From: Moniliella sp. 'wahieum'
Lineage: Eukaryota
Assembly: GCA_003971905.1 (NCBI GenBank)
Contig: RSEE01000006.1
Span: 620,001-684,000 of the forward strand
DNA: 64,000 bases
Reading direction: 5' to 3'
A program made the position numbers and the translations under genes. Positions 39,476 through 51,143 of the stretch are shown here, piece by piece. How positions within the stretch are numbered: position 1 is the stretch's first letter; each line of letters opens with the position of its first letter. The notes below the pieces were generated by a model, which saw only the letters and a list, made by a program, of their open reading frames with translations, was not told where the DNA came from and did no database searches.

Positions 39476-40585
39476 ACGGGCTTCTCTTGTGTTATGGCCA
39501 TGGCAGCCATGGCATGGCATGGCATGGTTCCTCCCCGGGTTCCGTTTTATGCGCTTTCTGCTTTGTCGGCTTGGATCGTTCTTGATCTTTGGCGCGAAGC
39601 ATCAAAACCACGCACTGCTCTGTTTGGGCGGCGAGCCTCTTTGTTCTGGCCGTGCTGCTGGACGTCCCTCTTCCCTAGTACCCGTCACGAACTTGTTTGG
39701 TGACGGTCTCCCTCTGCTCCTCTCTCGCCTCCCTACTTTGCATGCGCTCCCATGGCAATGAAACCGGCCTTCGGCTACGCTTTCCTTTTGTAGGTCCGAC
39801 CCCAGTCAGCTTTTGATGGCGGCTCGGCGGTCTTATAGATGGACACGCGGTGCGGGGTGCGTTCTTGGTGTTTGTGTACAAGTAGTTGCCGATTGACGGG
39901 CGTGTGAGAGGGCAGAGGGACGGTTCACCGGCGTCCTGGCGCCACTGGCCGCCTATCACCTGAATTCAGGCCTCAGGGCCGCATGGAGTGCCAGTGGCAC
40001 TTACTGTTGCCAAGAAGGGTGCTGCTGGTTCCGCCCGATGAACCTCCCTGGTGGCATCGGGTGGGAAAATGAGAAGCCAGACAATGCTGGTAGGCATGCG
40101 GCGACTACTGTATAATAGACGAAGTGGCCGCGGTTCCTCCCCAATAGCAGCCTGTCGTGGGGCATCCGCGCCCGCTATTTGAGATGCGGCTAGGTTCCTA
40201 TATTGCTAGCCGCTACATGGGAAGCATAATGTTGGCAGTGGATAGTCCAACGATGAAAGGTGTTATTCAGGAAGTAGAACGCGAGCCGCAGAAGCGTCCA
40301 CAAGACCAGGCGCAACAAGCCGAAAAATGGCAAAGAAATGAGAGTAAAACTATATGAGAACCAGGGGGATGGGAGAGGCAAGTAGGTTTGCTATATGAGA
40401 TGGCTGCACACCAAACCTAATCCCTTTGCTGTCCATCGATGATGAATGGAAAGAAAAGAGTGTCGGGGGGCAAGGGGAGCAGCGAGCCAAGCCACAGGCA
40501 TATGGTACCAGCAACCAGCACCAATAAAGGGAGGAAAAGTGAAAATGTTATTGGAAGATGAGATGCGGCCAGGAGATAGGGTAGA

Positions 40586-43500
40586 TCAGTCTTCTGGATG
40601 ATCTGGAAGGAGACAGTGGCCATACAGATATCCTCGTCGTCTTTTGCACGGAGCGTGTATCGGACGGGCATGTCCCCTGCGAAAAACCGTCGCACATTCA
40701 TCCTGACGATCCCGATGGCCAAATCAAACGTGTTGAACTGGATGCGGAGGAGTGGGTCAGTACAGCCCCAATCATCAGCGAGCACGCAAAACGTACATCC
40801 ATCACGTTGGAGAAAAATGAAGTCGAGTAAACCACATCGGGGTCGTAAACAAAGTCTTCCTGGTGCTTCAACGACCCAAAATACTTTCTCCGCTCGGGAA
40901 CGGTCATCGACTTGTTGAGCAGAACAAAGCTGTTGTCTTCAATCATGTCCACCAGTGGGTCGGTAAAGCGCCACGGGCCTAGCTCTGCATCCAACATGGG
41001 GCGCCAAGTTTGGCTTGACTGGCGGACCAAACGCTCTGCGACTGAGGGTTTGGGCGCCTGCGTTGGCTCTCGCTTCGACCTGCCCACTCGGCTGGTAGTC
41101 CCGCGGCGGCGCAGCGCCGTCTCGGATGCCGTCGGATCCTCGTGCACGGTCAGAGTGGAGTGTGCTGGCCCCCGCACAACATCGCGACGCGAGGTAGAAG
41201 GGGCGGGGCAGAGGGGCTGCGTGGTAGGGTACGGTGCCGTTTCTGGCTCCCTCTCCTGTCCGGCAAACCGAGGGGAGTTTCAGACACGGGCGTTGAAGAA
41301 AAGATCCGAGGCACCGATCCGCCAGGCAGAACACTTCCTTCCCATCTCCCGCGCTCTCGTGCTGCATGGAGTGCATCAGATTCGAGGTGACGGGTTGCAG
41401 CTCGCTCCCTCCTGCCAGCCAGGGATGGGTGTGGTAGATCTCCTCTGCCGTTTTGGGACGGGGCAGGTCGGTGGAGATTCGAGGCAGTAACTGGGAGGTA
41501 GTAGGGGAGGTGGCGTCAGTAGTAGCAGAAAGATCGACAGACGCGGTGGGCTTGTCGTGCTTCGGGCTAGGAGCAGACAAGGTATTTCTTCCTGAACTGG
41601 CGGGCGTTAAGGGATTCGGATCGTCCTCGTCCTCGTCGTCATCCGAGTGCGTCCCGAACTGAAGAGGAGCCTGCCGTGGCTTGGGATGGACCAGCTGAGG
41701 TGTGACGGCAGGGATTGTGAGGGAGGGCGGACGGGAGCGGCGCAAAGGAAGAAGCGCTACTCTCGAGCCCTTGCTCAAGCACAACATTGTCTTCGGCAGA
41801 GAGCAGAGGTGTAGGGGACGTAGTCACAGGAATGGGCTGGCTAGGAAGACCAACGTAAGTAGATAAGGGTTGAGGAGCCGGAGGCTGCGGACTCGACCTG
41901 AGGAACGGCAAGTCAACCGACAACGATGGCCTGTGGGTCGTGTTCAATTGCGAAGAGGGACGACGACGGAGGGCGGAGAGTCGACGTTTTGGCGGGGCAG
42001 AAGTAGACTCTTTGGTCTCCTTGGTGCCCTCTGTAATGTCAACGACAGACGGTGCTTCCGCTTGACCCGTTCAACACCCGGCTCCTCCTGAGGCTCCCCT
42101 CCATTAGGAAAACTACCCTGAGATCGAGAATGAGAGGAGGGTAAAGGAATGGACGACACTCCATCCGCTGAGGCCCTGCCGGGCAAAGCAACTTTGGGGG
42201 CCAACGAACTTGCCTGTGCCTTGCTATTTGTCTCTTCTTTTGAGGGTCTCTGGCGGTGGTGGAGGTCAGCGTCCGTCTCCGAACCCGAAACCTTCCCAGC
42301 CCCTTCCCGACGACGACGGTGCTTCCCTTGAGGAGGTAGGTCCTGGTCGTTCGCCGAGCCATGGGGACGGGATAAAGATGCATGTTTCTGTTTCCCCCCC
42401 CGGTCCAGGTTCGCTTCCGTTCCGTGCTTCGACGGCAGTCTCTTGGAGTGCCTTTTGCTCTTCTTCCGCCCCACTGACGAGTCGATCTTGCCTCCAACGC
42501 CCGGTCCCGGTTTGGAGGTCTACCACACCTGGGGATATACAGGATCCGCCTCGATGGTGACCTGACCCGTCCTTATTGTCATTACCCAAGAGATTGAGTG
42601 GGTTCATTTTCTTCAATAGAGTACCGGATGATGTGTAAAAGGGACGCTTTTCCTTGGACTCTTTCGCAGAAACTGGTTCGGGCATTGTTAAACCGTTGGG
42701 CGTCGTTGCTGGAGCTTGATCGATCTTCTCCAAGGACTGCACCGCAAGGGTGCCGAATTCGGTCGACGCAGCTGGCTTAGACACCGCAGGAGTTACGCTC
42801 TTCACCGTCACCTCTGGCACGGTTTGGTTCGGGGGCACAGTAGACGCAGGGAGCAGGTCTGCCGGAATCCGTGCACGAGAAAAGCCAAGCGAAGTAGAGA
42901 GGGATCGACTGAGCGACTTGCGTCCGTGAACGAACCCTTCGCGGCCCTGCAAAATCTCAGCCAACTCGGCCCCATCCTCATCGTCCGTAGGCCCAAAGGG
43001 AGACGTATTGTCCATCCGACGTCGCGAAAGATCAAGGGACCTGCCCAAGCCAAACCGGTCACGCGAGCGTGCCTTGGGCCGCGTCTTGTCAGTTTCCGTC
43101 TCTTTGTCCTTTTCCTTATCCTTGTCCTTGTCCTTGTCCCTACTTCCCATGCTAAGCCGACGGATCATGTTGGACCCCCGCCTCTTCGGCTTTTCCTTAC
43201 TACCCCCTTTCTCGTTCTCCTCGGGCTCTTCGATCTGCACCAAATGGTTGTGTCGGGACGAGGATGAGCGCTCGGGAATAACCAGTGGGTCATGTGAGGA
43301 CACCTTGGGTGGCGGTACATTTGGGGAGACCGAGAGAGCCCTTGGTACAGGCGTCGGGGTGGCCACACTCGATGAAGAATTAAGAAGTGGGGTGGGTTCT
43401 TCCTCTGGAAGGGGTGGTTGCTGGGTGGGGCGCGGGGGAGCTCTTCAAACGAGTGGAAGGGGGTAGACGGGGCGGTGGTCATCAAGAGCGCGTCCAGTTC

Positions 43501-44712
43501 CTCTTCATCAATCTCATTCAGTTGATTGTCTCCCCCCGGGGTGATCGAGGCAGACAGACGGCGGTATAGCTCCTTTTGCGTCACCGAGAGCATTTTGACT
43601 GGATCCGGCGTTTGGCCCCCTGCCTCATGGGCTCCCAACCCAAGTTTTTGGAGAAGGCGAGAGGTGCTCATATCTTCGGAAGGACCCGTTACGAAAGGCC
43701 GGCTAGTACTACTGGGCGATGCAGACCTCGACCCACTACCGATTGCAGAACCCAAGCCCAAGTCGCCGGAATGAGAGATGCGTCGCCGGTCGTCAGCCAA
43801 GCGGGGCGAGGGGAGCGGCGCAGGAAGCGACGAATGCGTGGGCTGGAGCGATCCGAGACTAGCACTAGGACGTTGCTTGTGGTACAAGGGGCGGGGGTGA
43901 GGATGTGCATGAATGGGCTGGCGGGCCAAAGCGTCAAAGGAGGTATGGTGAGCGGCGAGAAAGGCGCGTACTCTGGGGTCTTGGATGAAACCCAAAAGCG
44001 CCAGTAACTCTTGATCTTGCGCTCATCCTTGTTGCCACCCAGAGACAGCCAGCCGCGCCGCTTCGTGGGAGCGTTGGCTACGGACTTGTCCAGGGCCTGG
44101 AGGGGCACCACGTCGTCCCCGGCCCCTTGGTCGGCATGGGTCGGGGTCGGAAGGGAGAGGGCGCTGCTGTCGGTAGGATGGGGGCAGTCCAAGCTCGTCG
44201 TTCGGGAGGACATGGTGGAAGCAGATGTCGACGCCCCTGGCTCGGCACCTTGGAGAACAACGACAGCATCGTGTGCGCGGGCTGGCGCGGGCCATGCACA
44301 GAGAGTGTTGACGCATGCACAGTAGGGCGACATGATGAAGGGCCGGCCAGAGGGTGGTCGCTCCTGGTAGTACACACAGGGATCAATCATGCGCGCCACG
44401 CCATGCCGGCATTGAAGGGGCGGCGGGGAAGTCGATGAGGCGGTCAAAGTCGGAGCCAAAGATGATCTCGGAGCCTCGCCAGGGGCGGGTGAAGCGCCCC
44501 TCGATCTGGATGGAAAAGCGGCGGGAGCGGTCGCGAAAGTACTCGTAGCCGGGGTCTCCCACGCGAGCGCCGGGCGCGTCGAGGATGCGGATGAGGACGC
44601 GGCCGACAAAGTGCTCGGAGCGGATCTCGTGGGGGTGCTGGACGTCATTGAGGCGGGCGACCTCCATGTTGAAGCGGTCGGGGCCGACCATGACGACGAG
44701 TTTGGCGGGCAT
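40586..44712 (-). CDS. DUF1769-domain protein with a long low-complexity central insertion; intron near 40739-40796; frameshifted
   Basis: N-terminal MPAKLVVMVGPDR..EIRSEHFVGRVLIRI..YEYFRDRSRRFSIQIEGRF..EIIFGSDFDR..IDP..RPFIMSP; C-terminal RRKYF..FVYDPDVVYSTSFFSNVMD|FNTFDL..PVRYTLRAK..ICMATVSF. Confidence 0.75.
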
Positions 44713-46080
44713 GGGGGCGGGGGGCAGGGGTGCTGGACGTGGGGGCGGAGACGGATGGGATGGGATGGGATGGGATGGGGAGGCGTGCGGCGGTGGCTGC
44801 GCCCTGGGCGGCACTCTGGCACCAACACAACACCAACGCTTCCACCGAGGCGACGCCTCTGCCGCAGCTCCGCACCTGCGGTCAGAGGCCCTGGCCGAGA
44901 TGCCATTTATGACATGCATGCATGACATATGACATGCAGCAGCCAGTGCCCCCGCACATGCGCCACTGCCCCGGCCTGCCCGCCCATGCTCCGCTCCGCC
45001 CGAGCGCGAGCACCCGCGTGCGGCAGGCCGCACCTCGCCACACTCCCCGCCCACCTCGGCTGTCTGCCGCAGGGCCACAGAGCCACACTGCGGCCTCCTG
45101 CCGCCTGCCATCGCAGCAGCCGCGTCATAACAGGCTGACCGGTCGCAGCCTCAGGCGCAGCGCTGGGAATATGAATAGGAATGTGTGAATGAGCATGACA
45201 TGCGCTTCATGAGACCACCGTCGCCGCCCCAATTCTCCTGGGCACCGCGTGAGTCCTCTTCGCCGCCAAGGCATCCCCGCTCGAGGCCAAGCCCACTATC
45301 ATCCAATCCATTCAGCCCACCTGGAGCAACATGCCGCAGACAGGCTGAGATTCAGATCATGCGTCTCCACCGCAGACGTGGAGCAATGCATATTTGGCGG
45401 TTTGGTGCATGCGCCTCTCCCCCAACTCTCTGGAATCTCTGAAAAGAACCTGCGTCAGGATGATGCTGCGCACGTCGGGCTGGTCGCTAAGCAACAACCG
45501 AGCTTGTCTTCGCCATTGAATATTGATCAGTGTCCCCCGTTCTCAGTTCTCAACAATGCTGATTAATGATTGCTCATCGCATCCTCTCCTGCTCAGCTGT
45601 TAATGCGAGGACAAAGGCCTACGAAAGAAAGACAGAGGGAGGTGATGGATCTATTCCAAGAAGGAGCCCGTTAGGGGCAGAACATAGAGGAGAGTCGGAT
45701 AGAACAGCGTGATGCGTGATGCGTGATCAGCATGCATGATGGCGCTGACATCAGCATCCTGAGCTGACTTGGTTGGAAGCGCGGAGATCGTGTGCAGCAA
45801 CCCAACGCGCGAGCCGGCGAACGTGGCGGTGGACAAAGCGCACGCGCTGGCGCTGTGACGCGTGGAATGGGACGTGGCTCTCATGCGCATGCCGCCCGAG
45901 GGAAGCACCACACCGTGTCTGGCATTCTCCCAGTGCAAGCTGCTAAGCTCAGCAGAACAAGCTCAGCCGCTGACACAACCTTGCTGCGTCAGCGTGTCGG
46001 CCTAACCACTGAGTCTCATCGATCACCCATCCAGTATATCATGCCTCAGGGCCTCCGCCTCCTGCTTTGGCTTTGCTCAG

Positions 46081-46157
46081 CCGCTCATGGTGAAGCGGGT
46101 TTACGCGTTACGACGTTTGCCCGCTCATGGTGAAGCGGGTTTACGCGTTACGACGTT
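46081..46157. repeat. Exact 37-bp direct duplication (period 40)
   Basis: ccgctcatggtgaagcgggtttacgcgttacgacgtt at 46081-46117 and 46121-46157. Confidence 0.92.
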
Positions 46158-46554
46158 GCGCGTTACGAAACCCAGCCAGCCAAAGGAGGCCGACAAGATA
46201 CAACAGCTATAAGAAACTCGAACAGCCAAGGTCTAGCGTGAACATCGCGAACACAGACTGCACTCCTAGCACTACGATTCCAACCGCGGTAGTGGGTGTG
46301 GGCATAGGACCGTGGTACATTTTGTTTACACCGGGCAAGGCCTGCCGGGCAGAGAATGTGCACGAAAACACACGTACATAAAGGAAGCCAACATAAAAGG
46401 GCAGGCTTGGGGCCTGATCAACGTGGCCTCGCCCGGTGAGAAGGGGCCAACGAGCAGGCGCCAAAGTGATCGCCACGATGGAGGAAGAGCACAAGGATGG
46501 GGCCACCAGGTTGCGTCTGAGCTCCATTAGAGAAACACAAAGCAAGCGAACAAC

Positions 46555-47294
46555 TTAAGCCGACACCAGGGCCTTCTGGGCGGCAGCGTTGCGGCGGATG
46601 GCAAGCTGGCGCTTGTTGAGGCGGGGCGCAGCCACCTCGACCTCTCTGGGCACGGCGGAACCCTGCTCAACGAGGTGGATCCCACGTGGCAAGGAGAGCC
46701 TTGTAGGGGTTGATACGGCCGTGGGCGCGGTAGGTGCGGCGGTAGGTGTGGGGGCGCGGGTGGATGAACAATGTGCTTGATCAGCAGGTTCTCCACCTCC
46801 AGGCCCTTTTGGTCGGCGTTCGACTCGGCGTTCTTCCAGCGCAACCAAAAACTTGGCACTCTTGTGGGCCAGCGACCCTGCGTGACCGACCCCCACTGCT
46901 TGGCTTGCGAGGTACGGCCGACGTGCTTGTTTGCCGCCGGAAGGGCACGCACTGCTTCTTCTCCTGCACATCGGCAAGGAAAGCGTACGCCTTGGACAGC
47001 TTCATGCCCTGGATCGTGGCAGCGGTCTCGCGCGTGTTCTTGTAGTGAACACGCAGGTAGTCCCCACGGCTCTTGGAGCTCTTCTCGGCCAGGTCCGAGT
47101 CACGGATAGCGTATTGCTAAAACAAAAGAAAGGTCAGCACACTTGCCAGACAGAATGTGTCTTCCAGCGCCACCCAGGCAAGGACGTCCGTCGCTGCGCG
47201 GAAACCATCGCGCAGCATGCCGGATTTGGCCGCGGCAGCAGAAAGTGGCGCAATCCAAGTGAAGAGCATGAACGAGGGGCATACGCACAACCAT
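46555..47294 (-). CDS. RPL17: 60S ribosomal protein L17 (uL22), intron 47117-47288, frameshifted
   Basis: [105 protein letters not shown], ..KALVSA*. Confidence 0.95.
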
Positions 47295-47382
47295 TGCAAA
47301 GGGGGGTCTTGGCGACGACGGTTAGGTGGGCGACAGAGCGGACGAGAAGCCCAGGACGCAGTATAGAGCAGAACATGGAGCA

Positions 47383-47391
47383 TTAGGGTTT
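47383..47391 (-). promoter_or_regulatory. Telo-box (AAACCCTAA on the minus strand) in the RPL17/RPL25 bidirectional promoter
   Basis: TTAGGGTTT between the two divergent ATGs (47294 and 47588). Confidence 0.65.
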
Positions 47392-47587
47392 AACTCGCAC
47401 CTACTTCCGGTCGTCTAAAAGGCATTGTCTTTACACTGTCCCTCTTGCCGTTGCGCGCGCAAGACTGCGGGTGATGCTACAGTGCCAATTCCTGGGACAC
47501 TGCCCCCGCGCGACGTGCGTCTGCCTGCGGACGCAAGCGAGCTACCCAGCCTGCAGCGCGCCTCTCCACCACACCAACCTCGACAAG

Positions 47588-48156
47588 ATGTCGATCGTCA
47601 AGAGTGAGTCTGCATCGCTGCTTCCTGGCGCTCCGCTTGGGTACCTTATGTTACCCTCTGGCGTCTGTTCAGTTGCCCTGGGCATCTTTACCCTTCACCG
47701 GGATGAATGCTAACTTGTCCCTGTCTGTGCAGCTGAGAAGAAGTCGTGGCTCTTGCTGCCAAGAAGGCTGCCTCAAGGGCCAGCAGGGCACCCGCGTCAA
47801 GAAGGTCCGCCGCAATGTGACCTTCCACCGTCCCAAGACCCTGGCGCTCCCCGCAAGCCTAAGTACCTGCGGAAGAGCATCCCTTCGACTCCCCGGATGG
47901 ACGCGTACCAAGTGTTGCAGTTCCCCCTCAACACCGAGTCGGCGATGAAGAAGATTGAGGATTCAACACCCGTTTTTCATTGTTTGACCGTCGTGCCAAC
48001 CAGCACCAGATCAAGGCTGCTCTCAAGAAGGCCTACTCGGTCGAGGCGGCCAAGATCAACACCCTCATCCGCCCCGACGGCAAGAAGAATGGCCTACATC
48101 CCGCCTGCACAAGGACCAGGCGCGCTTGACGTGTCCAACAGATTGGCCTCATCTAA
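47588..48156 (+). CDS. RPL25: 60S ribosomal protein L25 (uL23), intron ~47604-47732, frameshifted
   Basis: MSIVK|..[85 protein letters not shown].. Confidence 0.95.
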
Positions 48157-49302
48157 ACGGGCGCTTTGCCTTGACGAGGTAGGTGGTCAGCGCCCCCCTC
48201 GGGTGTCGCCCTGCATCTGGACTGGCTTGCGTTCATTGTGGGCCCCTGCTGGTCTTGGCCAGCACCAGCTCACCTTGTAGCGTGCGAGCCACAAAAATGC
48301 TCCTCTACCCCGGCGTGGCTCGGGCGTAGTGGACAAGCGCATATGACATGTATCCATAGGTTCAATCATTGGCGTATGCAAACCCCCAAAGAAGCGAATC
48401 CTCATGTCGGGTGGGAGGCGATAATCAACCCGTTTGTCAGATTGTTACCCCCTGCTGATTGCTGTTCAGTGCCAGAGATGGAGGCAGGAAGGGCCCTGCG
48501 CGCTGAGCATATCATTTCTAGAAGGATCACTCCGGCTCCAATGGGGTTCCTCTCGGCCGTCTCTGCCTTGGTGAGTACAACTTTGAGTATAACATGTAAC
48601 ACCACAGTTTCGCCATGATGCATGTCACCTCAGGCCTCAACGGCCTCAACGCATGACTTTTCTACCAATCGCTTGGCCTCTTGTTTCGGGGTCAAAGATG
48701 CCTTCTGTTGACGAGACATCGAAGATGCATGCAGCACGGGTAGGATCCGTGCTGTGAACTGCACCACCACCACAGCCACTTTTCGCGCAGCCGTCCGTCG
48801 ACTCTGATCCGAAACCCGTCATCAGAATGGATTGTCAGAGAAGCTACCAGTGTTGGGGGGATTCGGCTACCGCGCCTCGATGTTCATGATGAAAGCCCTG
48901 CAGTCCTGATGGTCCTCGATGATGGTGATGCAGTCGCACTAGCCTGAGTGGCGGTGGTGGTCCAAACCCACCAGTAACGCTTGCAGAGGATCATCGAGCG
49001 CATCAGCCATTCGCCACCATGTAGGGGCTAAGCTGCGGAACAAGGAAAGCAGTCGGGAGGAAATACCGGAACTCGTAGGCCTGTGACATCTCTGAGGCCT
49101 GCAAAAGGGACTTTTGCGAAAAGAACACACGAGCCACCCGGTGGCTCAACAGCGGTTCACTCATATACATCTTCCAGCATTCAGGCCACTCCTCCGAAGA
49201 CATGTGGTCCTGTCCCCATTGCGGGGGGGCTGATTTCAAGGCGTCTCTCAGATCTCATGCAGGCTGAGGTATAGTGATGTGCTCTCGGTTGTTCATTAAT
49301 CG

Positions 49303-49328
49303 TTGAGCTTCAAGCTTCAAGCTTCAAG
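49303..49328. repeat. 7-bp-period array (TCA AGCT)n
   Basis: ttgagcttcaagcttcaagcttcaag; the same unit occurs at 31043, 32114 and 56683. Confidence 0.9.
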
Positions 49329-49473
49329 AGCGACTATATAGTGTTGTGGGACCCGCGATCCCGTACATAGGCCAAGGCGCCTTATCACCCTTTGCCCTTA
49401 TTTGACCTCCGAAGCCTGCACGTGTATATTCAGGCCTGTTTGAACCCCTGTCTCCTGTAGGGTGCCACTGGCA

Positions 49474-49520
49474 TAAGGCCTAGGCATTAACCCTTAGGCC
49501 TTAACCCTTAACCCTTAACC
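49474..49520. repeat. 7-bp-period array of TAA/TTA with GGCC and CCCT cores (telomere-like TTAACCC)
   Basis: taaggcctaggcattaacccttaggccttaacccttaacccttaacc. Confidence 0.85.
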
Positions 49521-50516
49521 ACCAACACCATGGCGATTGCATTGCTCTTGATCACCAGAGGTTCATCACCCAACTCCTTGGATTCCTCCGGTCTTACATC
49601 TAGGAACTTGGGCGACGGACCACCATCAAGATTGACCTACGCTGTCAGCCCAATTTCAAGTACTTGTGGCGAGATGTCGAGCTAGTAGTGCTAGCGCCGT
49701 GTGCCTCATGCCCTCGCTGGCTCGCCCCACAGCCACGGTGTGGCCTTGCGAACACGCGGATAACGGCCACAGCCCAGTGTCGAAGTGTGCTCAAACATTT
49801 TGCACCTACTGTTCTCGCCCTGTTTGTGCCACGAAGCCACTCTGCATGTCTCCGAGCCAGTTGGAGACAAGGGAGGAAAGAAAACGAGCAAGGGCGGCAT
49901 GATGGCCCAATGTCCAACCGAGTTGTCCCATCGCATGTGTCTTGGTCCGTCTGCTAAACCCTTCTTCTGTGGAGTCGTGAGAGTGTGGTGGGTTGTCTCA
50001 TCGCGTTAAGGAATGAGAAGTATTGTTCGTCCTACCCCCACAGCTCGTTATATGGCGACACAAAAGAGCTGCCTTTTCAGCTTCAACAACACTGAGGCCG
50101 GCAACGAAGCAGCAGTAACACGAGGCGCTTCGGTCGAGCCAACAGTGCTGCCCATGGCGCAGGATTGCTGAGAGGCTATGCCTTTGTTTACGTGGCATGC
50201 AGGGAGAGGGGGGGGGTGGGGGGTAAAAGGCCGAAGAGCAAGATCATCGAGTCTAAGAAGTAAGGTAGGCGTGTCAACATGTCAACACAGACAGAGGAGA
50301 CGAAGAAGGAGTCAGATCTCAGATGGCAGTCGGCCAGTGGGTGGGGACACGGGCATGGCGCCGGCATGTCAAGCTCAAGAAGATCAGTGTGACTTGGGAA
50401 GTAGCTGGCCCTGGATGATGGCTATGACTAGATGACTGCAGTACTGGGCCGCAATGACAGACAGTGGCTGATGACGATGAATATGAATGGGCAACCGGTA
50501 ACCTTGGGTAACCCAG

Positions 50517-50538
50517 TGACGCGTTACGCGTTACGCGT
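50517..50538. repeat. 7-bp-period array (TNA CGCG)x3
   Basis: tgacgcgttacgcgttacgcgt. Confidence 0.85.
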
Positions 50539-51143
50539 CCCTCGTACCTGGTGCTAGTGGCTCGCGCAAGCGTGGCCGATGGGCTAGCCGCTGCCCGGCC
50601 TAGCCCGGGGCAGCGCACGGCCAGTCGATGCCGGAGCAGGACGGGTGGACGAGGAATCGGTAGAAGCATCGGAGCTGGATTTGTAACCGGCATGACCAGC
50701 CGGCAGAAGGCAGGCAGGCTGGCCGTATGGTGAGCAGTGCTTAGTGAGCTAGTGACCACTGACCAGGCACGGGCCAGAGCGGTGGGAAGATGGCCAGCCA
50801 GCCGTCAGGCGCGCTGACCGCCCCCGGCCACGTGCGGAAGGTGCGTGGCCAGATGCTGCGCACAGGGGCAGTGTCGCGCCCTGTGTCCTGGCGCCCAAGC
50901 GGCGCCACGCAGCCTCCACCACGCAACCCTAGCGTGGATGCGTCGATGCGTGTGCCTTGCAGAGGCAGCGTCCAGCGTTCAGGCTCAGCGGTCACGCTCA
51001 GCAGTCACGCGTCACACGTCACGCCCAGTGTTCGCCCCCGGCTGGCCCCTGCATGCTAAGCCTGCACTCGGCTGCCCCTCCTCTCCTCCCCTCCCCCGGC
51101 CGCTTCCTCGTCTCCCCCACCACCGCTGGGCTCTGCTCTAGCC

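Noticed and set aside
46081..46157. CRISPR-like repeat (37 bp with internal hairpin)
   Set aside because: Only two copies with a 3-bp gap, no spacers, no cas genes, and a eukaryotic context.
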